DNA from: Nostoc sp. PCC 7120 = FACHB-418
GTDB lineage: Bacteria > Cyanobacteriota > Cyanobacteriia > Cyanobacteriales > Nostocaceae
Length of the DNA: 32,000 nucleotides
NCBI RefSeq assembly: GCF_000009705.1
Contig: NC_003272.1
Coordinates: 1,110,001 to 1,142,000 of the forward strand
Direction of reading: 5' to 3'
Each line of letters opens with the position of its first letter. The stretch's first letter is position 1. Below the pieces are notes generated by a model. That model did no database searches, was not told the DNA's origin, and saw nothing but the letters and a program-made list of their open reading frames with translations. The position numbers and the translations under genes are program-made. Positions 8,101 to 16,055 of this stretch are shown piece by piece.

Positions 8101-8409
8101 TCAGTTTCGTGACCAAATCAATTGCATTTGCCACCACACGATTCAGTTTCGTGACCAAATCAATTGCATTTGCCACCACACGATTCAGTTTCGTGACCAA
8201 ATCAATTGCATTCGTCACCACACGAATTAGTTTCGTGACCAAATCAATTGCATTCGTCACCACACGATTCAGTTTCGTGACCAAATCAATTGTATTTGCC
8301 ACCACACGATTCAGTTTCGTGACCAAATCAATTGCATTTGCCACCACACGAATTAGTTTCGTGACCAAATCAATTGCATTTGCCACCACACGAATTAGTT
8401 TCGTGACCA
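8101..8409. repeat. Tandem array of a 42-bp unit (7 full copies plus a 15-nt partial) in the mobA / TPR-CHAT divergent intergenic region
   Basis: Units start at 8101, 8143, 8185, 8227, 8269, 8311, 8353 and 8395. The consensus is TCAGTTTCGTGACCAAATCAATTGCATTTGCCACCACACGAT, with only 1-4 substitutions per unit. There are no spacers. Confidence 0.95.
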
Positions 8410-8410
8410 T

Positions 8411-8443
8411 TAATTTTGAATTTTGAATTTTTAATTTTGAATT
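8411..8443. repeat. AATTCAAA-type short tandem repeat
   Basis: taattttgaattttgaatttttaattttgaatt belongs to the same family as 25325-25370. Confidence 0.6.
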
Positions 8444-8526
8444 GGAGCGAAGCGACTTGACACTCAGCAAGAATCCTCATCTTTCCGTCATAATGGGATT
8501 GTGTTATGTGATACTTGCACCTGCTC

Positions 8527-11500
8527 ATGAACGAACAGCGTTTACAAGCTTATTATCAGCTAATTCAAACCCTGCTAGATTGCCCTAGTGGGGAAGAACC
8601 GGAGATATTAGCAGCGAATACAGAATTGCTAGATGCTGACTTTGTGCAGGTGGTAGGATTAGCAGCAGAGCATTTTGCCCAGCAGGGAGAGGAAAATAGA
8701 GCCGAGTGGTTGAGAAACTTAGCCGCATATCTCACCACCCCAGAAACTCCCGCCATTAGTGAAGCAGATATAGAGACTTACTTGCCATTTATTTTAGAGG
8801 TATTGCGAACAACCGCAGACAGCAACGGCGATGCTCAAGTAATTTACCCGTTGCTGAGAGCTAATACCGATAAACTGGATCGTATCTTTGCAGAATTATT
8901 GCGCCGATGGGCAACAAATACCCTAGAGAAAGCAAAACCAGATAGAGCAACATTCATCGCCGCAACTATTGGTAATTTTAGCAATCTGATTAACGATTTT
9001 CCTTTGGGTAGCAAAGCCAACAACATGGAAATTGGTATCGCTGGTTATGAAATCGCCCTCACTATATATACCCGCACTGATTTTCCTGAACAATGGGCAA
9101 CGACGCAAAATAATCTGGGGAATGCTTACTTATACAGAATATTAGGAAACAGAGGGGAGAATCTGGAGGCGGCGATCGCTGCTTATTCTGCGGCTCTGGA
9201 AGTCAGAACCCGCACTGATTTTCCTGTAGATTGGGCAATGACGCAAAATAATCTGGGGAATGCTCACTTATACAGAATATTAGGAAACAAAGGGGAGAAT
9301 CTGGAGGCGGCGATCGCTGCTTATTCTGCGGCTCTGGAAGTCAGAACCCGCACTGATTTTCCTGTAGATTGGGCAATGACGCAAAATAATCTGGCGACTG
9401 CTTACTTATACAGAATATTAGGAAACAGAGGGGAGAATCTGGAAAATGCTATCGCTGCTTTTTCTGCGGCTCTGGAAGTTTATACCCGCACTGATTTTCC
9501 TAAACAATGGGCTGGAACGCAAAATAATCTGGGAGAGGCTTACCGTAACAGAATATTAGGAAACAAAGGGGAGAATCTGGAGAAGGCGATCGCGGCTTAT
9601 TCTGCGGCTCTGGAAGTTTATACCCGCACTGATTTTCCTGAACAATGGGCTGGAACGCAAAATAATCTGGGAAATGCTTACTCTGAAAGAATATTAGGAA
9701 ACAGAGGGGAGAATCTGGAGGCGGCGATCGCTGCTTATTCTGCGGCTCTGGAAGTCAGAACCCGCACTGATTTTCCTGAACAATGGGCAACGACGCAAAA
9801 TAATCTGGGGACTGCTTACTCTGAAAGAATATTAGGAAACAGAGGGGAGAATCTGGAGGCGGCGATCGCTGCTTATTCTGCGGCTCTGGAAGTTTATACC
9901 CGCACTGATTTTCCTGTAGATTGGGCAATGACGCAAAATAATCTGGGGAATGCTTACGGTAACAGAATATTAGGAAACAGAGGGGAGAATCTGGAGGCGG
10001 CGATCGCTGCTTATTCTGCGGCTCTGGAAGTTTATACCCGCACTGATTTTCCTCAAAATCATGCAGAAACTTTGTTAAATCTCGGTATCTTATACCAAGA
10101 AGAGAAACAATTTAATTTAGCTTACGATACCTTTGCCCAAGCAATACCAACCGTCGAAGCTTTACGGGGTGAAATTAATGCAGGTGATAATTTAGGTGAA
10201 GAAGGCAAGCGCAAACAAGCAGAAGAATGGAATAAACTTTATAGACGCATGATAGAAGTTTGCCTAGCATTGGGCAAAGACACTGAAGCGATAGAATATA
10301 TTGAACGCAGCAAAACCCGCTATTTAGTAGAACTATTAAGCAAAGCAGACTCAATCAATCTAGAGAATCTACCTGAGATAGACAGCAATATCCGTTTTGC
10401 AGAAATTAAAAATCTTTTAGACGATGAAACAGTTATTATTCAATGGTATATATTTACTGATTGTTTTCGTGCCTTCATCATCAGCAAAAACCATCAACCA
10501 ATCATTTGGCAATCAGCCTCAGAAGATTTAGACAATTTAAAAAACTGGACTGATAATTATCTGCAAATCTACGGTGAAGATAAACAAAAGTGGCGATATC
10601 AGCTAAACGAGCAACTAACCCAACTAACTCAAACCCTCCACCTCAATCAGATAATTTCTCTCATTCCCTCCCAATACAAAAAACTGATTGTCATTCCCCA
10701 TCGTTATTTACATTTATTCCCACTCCATGCTGTACCCCTAGCTAATAACAACTCATCACAACCAGAATATTTATTTGATAGATTTCCTCATGGCGTAAGT
10801 TATGCACCAAGTAATCAACTTTTACGATTTACTCAACGGCGAGTGCGAAGATTAGCCAACTTAGAATTAAATCCCTTCAGTAACTTATTTGCCATTCAAA
10901 ACCCCACTAACGATTTAGCCTTCACCGATATCGAAGTCGAAACCATAGCCGCAGATTTTCAACCCCAACAAGTCCTGAAACATCACCAAGCCACCAAAGC
11001 CGCCTTAACAGCAACACCAACAGATGAAACCCTCAGCAATTCCCAATGGCTGCATTTCTCTTGTCACGGTTACTTTAACTTCCGTTTCCCCTTAAAATCT
11101 GGTTTACAGTTAGCCGATGCAGTAACCTCTACCATTCCCAGCACCATCAACTCATCACGCTACCTGAGAATTGACAACGAAAAAGCTATTGATTTAGATA
11201 AATGTCTCACCCTGGAAGATATCTTTCAATTAAATTTAAATAACTGTCGTCTCGTCTGTCTCTCCGCTTGCGAAACTGGTTTTATTGACTATACAAATAA
11301 CAGCGATGAATATATAGGTTTGGCAAGTGGTTTTATGCGTGCTGGTGGAACTAACATTATTAGTAGTTTATGGGCAGTTAGCGACTTTCACACAGCTTTA
11401 CTAATGATTAAATTTTATGAAAACTTACCACTTTATCAATATAATGTGTCCTTAGCCTTGAACCATACCCAAACATGGTTACGCCGAGCAACGCAATCAC

Positions 11501-11649
11501 AAATTATAGACTGGGTGCAAAGTAAAACCAATATGCAAAACACACAACAGCAAAAAATCATTGGCTTTTTACAACAATATAAACCTGAACAACAACCATT
11601 TAAAAGACCAGAATTTTGGGCTGCTTTTTCTGCTATTTCTCCAGTTTAG
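8527..11649 (+). CDS. TPR-repeat / CHAT-domain (caspase-like) protease
   Basis: The track ORF opens at TTG 8515, but ATG at 8527 gives MNEQRLQAYYQLIQTLLDCPSGEEPEIL, a typical N-terminus of cyanobacterial TPR-CHAT proteins. It has seven to eight 46-aa TPR-like repeats. The C-terminal CHAT domain carries a catalytic-type His in WLHFSCHGYF (11065-11067) and Cys in LVCLSACETG (11269-11271). Confidence 0.9.
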   Translation: MNEQRLQAYYQLIQTLLDCPSGEEPEILAANTELLDADFVQVVGLAAEHFAQQGEENRAEWLRNLAAYLTTPETPAISEADIETYLPFILEVLRTTADSNGDAQVIYPLLRANTDKLDRIFAELLRRWATNTLEKAKPDRATFIAATIGNFSNLINDFPLGSKANNMEIGIAGYEIALTIYTRTDFPEQWATTQNNLGNAYLYRILGNRGENLEAAIAAYSAALEVRTRTDFPVDWAMTQNNLGNAHLYRILGNKGENLEAAIAAYSAALEVRTRTDFPVDWAMTQNNLATAYLYRILGNRGENLENAIAAFSAALEVYTRTDFPKQWAGTQNNLGEAYRNRILGNKGENLEKAIAAYSAALEVYTRTDFPEQWAGTQNNLGNAYSERILGNRGENLEAAIAAYSAALEVRTRTDFPEQWATTQNNLGTAYSERILGNRGENLEAAIAAYSAALEVYTRTDFPVDWAMTQNNLGNAYGNRILGNRGENLEAAIAAYSAALEVYTRTDFPQNHAETLLNLGILYQEEKQFNLAYDTFAQAIPTVEALRGEINAGDNLGEEGKRKQAEEWNKLYRRMIEVCLALGKDTEAIEYIERSKTRYLVELLSKADSINLENLPEIDSNIRFAEIKNLLDDETVIIQWYIFTDCFRAFIISKNHQPIIWQSASEDLDNLKNWTDNYLQIYGEDKQKWRYQLNEQLTQLTQTLHLNQIISLIPSQYKKLIVIPHRYLHLFPLHAVPLANNNSSQPEYLFDRFPHGVSYAPSNQLLRFTQRRVRRLANLELNPFSNLFAIQNPTNDLAFTDIEVETIAADFQPQQVLKHHQATKAALTATPTDETLSNSQWLHFSCHGYFNFRFPLKSGLQLADAVTSTIPSTINSSRYLRIDNEKAIDLDKCLTLEDIFQLNLNNCRLVCLSACETGFIDYTNNSDEYIGLASGFMRAGGTNIISSLWAVSDFHTALLMIKFYENLPLYQYNVSLALNHTQTWLRRATQSQIIDWVQSKTNMQNTQQQKIIGFLQQYKPEQQPFKRPEFWAAFSAISPV
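9027..10080 (+). repeat. Intragenic tandem array of a 138-bp (46-codon) unit encoding the TPR-like repeats
   Basis: The anchor cccgcactgattttcct occurs at 9071, 9209, 9347, 9485, 9623, 9761, 9899 and 10037, exactly 138 bp apart. The units are near-identical at nucleotide level. Confidence 0.95.
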
Positions 11650-11695
11650 TTTTTATCTTCTCAATAGAATAAAGATTAAATTAGTACCAAATTAA

Positions 11696-11724
11696 ACGCA
11701 GATGAACGCAGATGGACGCAGATA
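11696..11724. repeat. Three tandem copies of a 10-nt unit (ACGCAGATGR)
   Basis: acgcagatga acgcagatgg acgcagata lies in the spacer after the CHAT gene. Confidence 0.7.
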
Positions 11725-11818
11725 AATTAATGGATTTTATAATTATGTGTAATTTCAGATAAAATTGAAATGAATTGTCAAGTATATTCAACAATTAACC
11801 AACTCAAAAACAAAAGCT

Positions 11819-12163
11819 ATGGAACCAGATAAACTCATTCAAGCATTTACCCAAGTTGTGAGAAACCAAGATTATGTTTTCTCGCCAGAAGCTATTGTAG
11901 CCATCCCCGAATTACTAAACGAACTTGCTCAATTAGAAACCCAACCACCAGATTTATTTGCAGAAGCCATTCGCCAATGGTATCTCGACTATGAAGATGT
12001 GAGAGACGCTGTATTAATTGAAGAAAGAGAAATTGAGAAAGTCAGCAAAAGTAAGCCAGAAATCCAAGAAAATACTCAAGAAAATCGCTATCGAGTAGTA
12101 CAAGATGAACTCAAAAGACTACAAGAAACAAAAACAAGCAACAACCAAACCAAGCAACCATGA
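11819..12163 (+). CDS. Hypothetical small acidic / coiled-coil protein (114 aa)
   Basis: The ORF starts with ATG, and its TGA overlaps the ATG of the next ORF (ATGA at 12160-12163). The N-terminal half is acidic and the C-terminal half is charged and helical-looking (EEREIEKVSKSKPEIQENTQENRYRVVQDELKRLQE). I recognise no family. Confidence 0.55.
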   Translation: MEPDKLIQAFTQVVRNQDYVFSPEAIVAIPELLNELAQLETQPPDLFAEAIRQWYLDYEDVRDAVLIEEREIEKVSKSKPEIQENTQENRYRVVQDELKRLQETKTSNNQTKQP

Positions 12164-13605
12164 AAATTTATGCACCAAACATTCATTTATTCGCTTTTCA
12201 ATTGTACAAAAGTGCTAGTAATGACATAAACAATTCATCGACAGATAAAGACTTCCTTTGGTATCAGGCTAACGCCATAGCTAGCGCAACTTTACACCAA
12301 AATCTACAACTCCATCAGCGTCTTGATGTCAATAAAAACCCAGATAACCCCCGTGTCGATTTACTAAAAGACTCAGAAGTAATCGATGATAACTATGCTG
12401 TCGATTTGCAGGGTAACATTTCTCTCAACCAAACCCAAGACTTATTAATTAAAGGCTTTGCTCATCCCTTAAGAATATATGATAGTTACAGTTTATGGCT
12501 AAATCTCCGTCGTCCAGAAAAGGAAAATAACAATCAGACAGATGATGTAGACATTACTTTTTTACGGCAATTAAATCAAAATAATTGTTTCACAGTTCCC
12601 GCAAATCCTTTATTTCTCGGTCAAACTCTGCTAATTACTGGCTGGTTAACAGGCGCAAAAGACAGACAAATTATCCAGCAAATAGCCAATGAGTGTTTAA
12701 AGTCTTTCTTTCCTGATAACTATCTCCTACCACCATTCAACCGCCAAGGCGAGTTATTTGGTAGCCCAATTTTTGAATACGGTTTATTTAGCCAATTAAA
12801 TAATTATCAACACGTTCTAATATGGTTATTTACTGACAAACAAGCAGACAGTAAATTTAATCAATGCTATCAAGAATTACTAGATTTATTTTTCTTCCGT
12901 ACCAAAGCAGTTAAAGCTTATAAAGATAGTCGTAAAATATATCAAGAACTAGATTCAGCCTATAGAAAAGTCGAAGATACAATTGATAAAGTTCCCAAAT
13001 TAGATGAGACCCAATATGATAATAAAATCAACTTAAGTAACTTAAAAAACCAGTTAAAAGCTTTACCCCAAATATCATTAACATACACCCGCCTACTACG
13101 AAACTTAGAAGAATATCAAAATACAATCGCTATCAATACTTATAATTACAACGAGAGACTACAACAAATTAAAAGCATCTTCGCCAATGAAGATATCAGC
13201 TTTCTAGAAATATTTAGCCAAAAAAACTGCGCTTATTTCCAACAACAAATTAATGGCGACTTGGGTTATTTTCGTCACGGCTCAGAATTGTTAGGTAAAG
13301 CCATAGACACAATTCGCGGTATTGTGGAAATAGAACAAGCAGAGCGCGATGTAGAACAAGCAAAACGCGATCGCACTCTAGAAACCACAATCCAAATAAT
13401 AGGTATCGGCTTTGGTGGTGGTGCAATAGCTTCCGGTGTCATCGTTTCCCACATCGACAAAATCAACCAACCCTTAGCCGCATTATCTCCTGATAACCAA
13501 CCCCATCCCTTTTTCGCCTCGTTAATTCTCAGTTTTCTCGCAGTCTTACTCTTTAGCGGCGTAGGCTGGTTCATAAGCTGGTTAATAACGAAATGGCGAA
13601 ACTAG
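12160..13605 (+). CDS. Hypothetical membrane-anchored protein (481 aa): unknown N-terminal domain, long coiled-coil-like region, C-terminal TM hairpin
   Basis: The ORF starts with ATG and is a long open frame in AT-rich DNA. It has two C-terminal hydrophobic helices: TIQIIGIGFGGGAIASGVIVSHI, and FFASLILSFLAVLLFSGVGWFISWLITKW. I recognise no family. Confidence 0.7.
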   Translation: MKIYAPNIHLFAFQLYKSASNDINNSSTDKDFLWYQANAIASATLHQNLQLHQRLDVNKNPDNPRVDLLKDSEVIDDNYAVDLQGNISLNQTQDLLIKGFAHPLRIYDSYSLWLNLRRPEKENNNQTDDVDITFLRQLNQNNCFTVPANPLFLGQTLLITGWLTGAKDRQIIQQIANECLKSFFPDNYLLPPFNRQGELFGSPIFEYGLFSQLNNYQHVLIWLFTDKQADSKFNQCYQELLDLFFFRTKAVKAYKDSRKIYQELDSAYRKVEDTIDKVPKLDETQYDNKINLSNLKNQLKALPQISLTYTRLLRNLEEYQNTIAINTYNYNERLQQIKSIFANEDISFLEIFSQKNCAYFQQQINGDLGYFRHGSELLGKAIDTIRGIVEIEQAERDVEQAKRDRTLETTIQIIGIGFGGGAIASGVIVSHIDKINQPLAALSPDNQPHPFFASLILSFLAVLLFSGVGWFISWLITKWRN

Positions 13606-13778
13606 TCATTTACACCCTTTCTCCCCTATCCCCTATTTTGGCTCTGTTGTACTTGTCGTAATAACATTTCCAAACTTGCAGCTGATGGCAGACACTTCAA
13701 ACCTTGGCAAACTAAACCTAAACTATAGTGGGGTAAATCAGTCTAAAGTCCAGAAAAGAGACTTAACGGGAAAAGTCA

Positions 13779-13840
13779 GGTACCCTACGGGTACTCCGGC
13801 GGAGAACTCGTAGAGTAGCAAGCTATGGAGAGGGGTTTTT
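13779..13840. repeat. Inverted copy of the small dispersed repeat seen at 7199-7236
   Basis: The reverse complement reads aaaaacccctctccatagcttgct...gggtacc. It shares the 23-nt core and the gggtacc end with 7199-7236, with an internal insertion. Confidence 0.65.
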
Positions 13841-13881
13841 CAGACTGTTTTAACAAAAACCTAATAAATATTCATACCGAC

Positions 13882-15951
13882 TTATTTATCTTGAGGCAAC
13901 TCTACAACCAACTGAGAATTACCATTTGGCGATAGTGGTGGGGTTGTAGTTGGTAGTGGTGCAACTTCACCTGTTTTATTAGTCTGATTCCACAAAATCA
14001 TCGACAGCAACCCATCAACTAAGCCATTAGTGCTGCCATTAGTACCACCAACCAGGATATCAGGAATTAAACGGACATTGCGATCGCCGATAATCTGCAT
14101 CATCTGCATTGCGGTATAGCCTTGTATACCCAATGCTTGCACACCATGACTGTAAGTTTCCGCTTTCGCGTTACCTGTTGCCCGGATACCTTCAGCTTCA
14201 GCCATTGCTCGAAGTTTTGTTCCCTCTGCTTCACCGTTCGCTTGCTTAATTTGGGCTTGGGCTTTTAGTTCAGCGATTTGCACACTCTGTTCTGATGTCA
14301 CCATTTCTCGTTGGATATCAGCCAGGGCTGTTTCCCGCACAAGCTGTTGACGTTGCGTTTGCGCCATCTGCTGAACTTCGTAGGTTTTGCGTTCTTCCTC
14401 AGCAATTTTCCGGTCTGTTTGTGTCTGCATCAACGACGCTGGCGGTTGAATATCCCCAATTAAGGTATCAATCGCTTGCACATCATAAGTCCGCAACGCT
14501 GCTTTGATATATTCCGATGCTTCTACTTGCCGTTCACTCCGGGCATTCAAGAAGTCCAGCACTGTGTAATCTTGCGCCGAGTTGCGGAAATAGTTGCCAA
14601 TACTTGGTTCTAAGACATTATCAACCAAATTTTGCATAGAACCAACACGAGAAATTACCTTAGGCGCATCCAAAGCCCCGACGTGGATGATTTGGGATAC
14701 TTCCAAATCAAAGGCAAACCCATCTTTAGAACGCACTGTCAAAGCTTCTAAATTTGCATCATATTTATGGCGTTCAGTCCGTCCTGACCAGTTCAAAACG
14801 ATGTTAGTAGTCGGCACTAACTCCACTTTCATGATGCGCGTGTTGAGTGGGTGCTTACCCGGATACAACGGCTCGACCCATACGCCCTTATGACCAGGAT
14901 TTACCAAGTTACCGTGGGTGAAAGCAGCACCGCTCACATCTTCTTGAGCTTTACCGACAAAAGAAATCACCACACCCACATAACCGATGGGAATTTCCGT
15001 CATTGGCACTTGCTCAACATTGACAAGCCAGGGATTGAGATTCCAAGAACCCGAAAGCAGAATTTGCTCTTGTAGACCCCGTCGCCCGCCCCCATCTAGA
15101 AACTTCTGACCATTTTGGAAATTATCATGTCCAGTAATCACTGCCCCAGCAATTTCACCCACAGTAATGGGTATCCCATCCAAGGTAGTAACAATACCTA
15201 CCTTGTCAGAGGCAACAGTATACACTTGTAACTGTTCGGGACTCATCCCATGGCTACTAGCATTTGCTGCCATGATGACTTTAAACAAGGCAGTATTTAT
15301 ACGGTAAGTACCTGCCGTGAGAAATCCCATTTGCCGTCCCTTTTCACCACCATTGATGAGGAATTTTCGGGCATCTTGGAAGTTATCACAATCTACGATT
15401 TTACCTAAAATCCTCTCTGGCGGGTTTGATGCACCATCAGCCGCCACAATAACGGCGATTTCACCTTGAGGCACAACAACTACAGATTCTTTGCGTACAG
15501 AATACTGCCAAGGCCAGTAACCCCAATGCCAACCAGGCGCGAGGGTATCTGCTTGTAAACCTGCTTCACCATTGAGAGCAATCAACTGCCCAGCCGGCAA
15601 ACCCTTTCCAGAAAACGTAAATTTTCTGACGACGACACCAACTTCACGCTCGCCAATAACAACTAAACCACCAAAAAACAGAGGGACAAATATCACCAGA
15701 CCGCCAACTAGCACAACGGGAATGAGTACAAAAGGATCAACCCCCGCAGCCTGATACTGAACAACAGAAGGTTTTGTCGGCTCTACTGGAACTGACGCTG
15801 AAGTAATTTCTGTAGCCGTGGATGTTTTTATGTTATTGGCATAAGCAGAATTAATCCCGCCAGCTAACGCCAGTGCAGCTATTAATGGAGTTGTAAAGCG
15901 AGCTAATTTATTTTTTTTAGTCTTACCAAAGAGAAATGAAAAGCTTTTCAT
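13882..15951 (-). CDS. Flotillin-like SPFH/Band 7 family protein
   Basis: The likely start is ATG at 15949-15951 (MKSFSFLFGK...), since the track start at 15972 is TTG. It has an N-terminal hydrophobic segment plus a TM helix (VLIPVVLVGGLVIFVPLFFGGLVVIG). An SPFH-type domain follows (EREVGVVVRKF...), then an Ala/Glu/Gln-rich flotillin coiled coil (QIAELKAQAQIKQANGEAEGTKLRAMAEAEGIRA). Confidence 0.9.
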   Translation of the reverse strand: MKSFSFLFGKTKKNKLARFTTPLIAALALAGGINSAYANNIKTSTATEITSASVPVEPTKPSVVQYQAAGVDPFVLIPVVLVGGLVIFVPLFFGGLVVIGEREVGVVVRKFTFSGKGLPAGQLIALNGEAGLQADTLAPGWHWGYWPWQYSVRKESVVVVPQGEIAVIVAADGASNPPERILGKIVDCDNFQDARKFLINGGEKGRQMGFLTAGTYRINTALFKVIMAANASSHGMSPEQLQVYTVASDKVGIVTTLDGIPITVGEIAGAVITGHDNFQNGQKFLDGGGRRGLQEQILLSGSWNLNPWLVNVEQVPMTEIPIGYVGVVISFVGKAQEDVSGAAFTHGNLVNPGHKGVWVEPLYPGKHPLNTRIMKVELVPTTNIVLNWSGRTERHKYDANLEALTVRSKDGFAFDLEVSQIIHVGALDAPKVISRVGSMQNLVDNVLEPSIGNYFRNSAQDYTVLDFLNARSERQVEASEYIKAALRTYDVQAIDTLIGDIQPPASLMQTQTDRKIAEEERKTYEVQQMAQTQRQQLVRETALADIQREMVTSEQSVQIAELKAQAQIKQANGEAEGTKLRAMAEAEGIRATGNAKAETYSHGVQALGIQGYTAMQMMQIIGDRNVRLIPDILVGGTNGSTNGLVDGLLSMILWNQTNKTGEVAPLPTTTPPLSPNGNSQLVVELPQDK

Positions 15952-16055
15952 AATTTGCGCCCTTCTGGGCAACTAATCATATACGCTATCACTTCAACTC
16001 TCTTAAGGCTGATTTCTTAAACTTGGTGTAATTTTTTCTAGTTGACAAGCAATCA

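Noticed and set aside
8101-8409. Possible CRISPR array.
   Set aside because: The repeats are directly adjacent with no spacers, the unit is 42 bp, and no cas genes are in the window. It is a tandem repeat, not a CRISPR array.
8093-8470. Two long ORFs (125 aa on the minus strand, 105 aa on the plus strand) run through the 42-bp repeat array and encode 14-aa repeats (DLVTKLNRVVANAI / FVTKSIAFATTRFS).
   Set aside because: 42 is a multiple of 3, so any stop-free unit gives open frames on both strands. The ORFs begin and end essentially at the repeat borders, with no unique N- or C-terminal coding sequence. The minus-strand ORF initiates inside another simple repeat. All unit-to-unit substitutions are nonsynonymous, so there is no sign of purifying selection. 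A repeat-protein gene cannot be fully excluded without conservation or ribosome-profiling data.
8565-9108. Three 60-63-aa minus-strand ORFs lie inside the TPR-CHAT gene.
   Set aside because: They are short, embedded antisense in a strongly supported long ORF, and have no recognisable motifs.
13275-15754. Antisense ORFs of 60-99 aa lie at 13275-13574, 14295-14507, 14594-14893, 14851-15075 and 15572-15754.
   Set aside because: All are embedded opposite long motif-supported genes (the 481-aa ORF and the flotillin gene). Their compositions are Pro/Ser/Thr/Arg-rich, as is typical of antisense frames.
13882-15951. I considered the flotillin/SPFH gene as part of the CHAT module.
   Set aside because: It is convergently oriented and separated by a 276-bp spacer carrying a dispersed repeat, so it is not co-transcribed. 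Flotillins are widespread housekeeping scaffolds. A functional link is possible but unsupported by the sequence.
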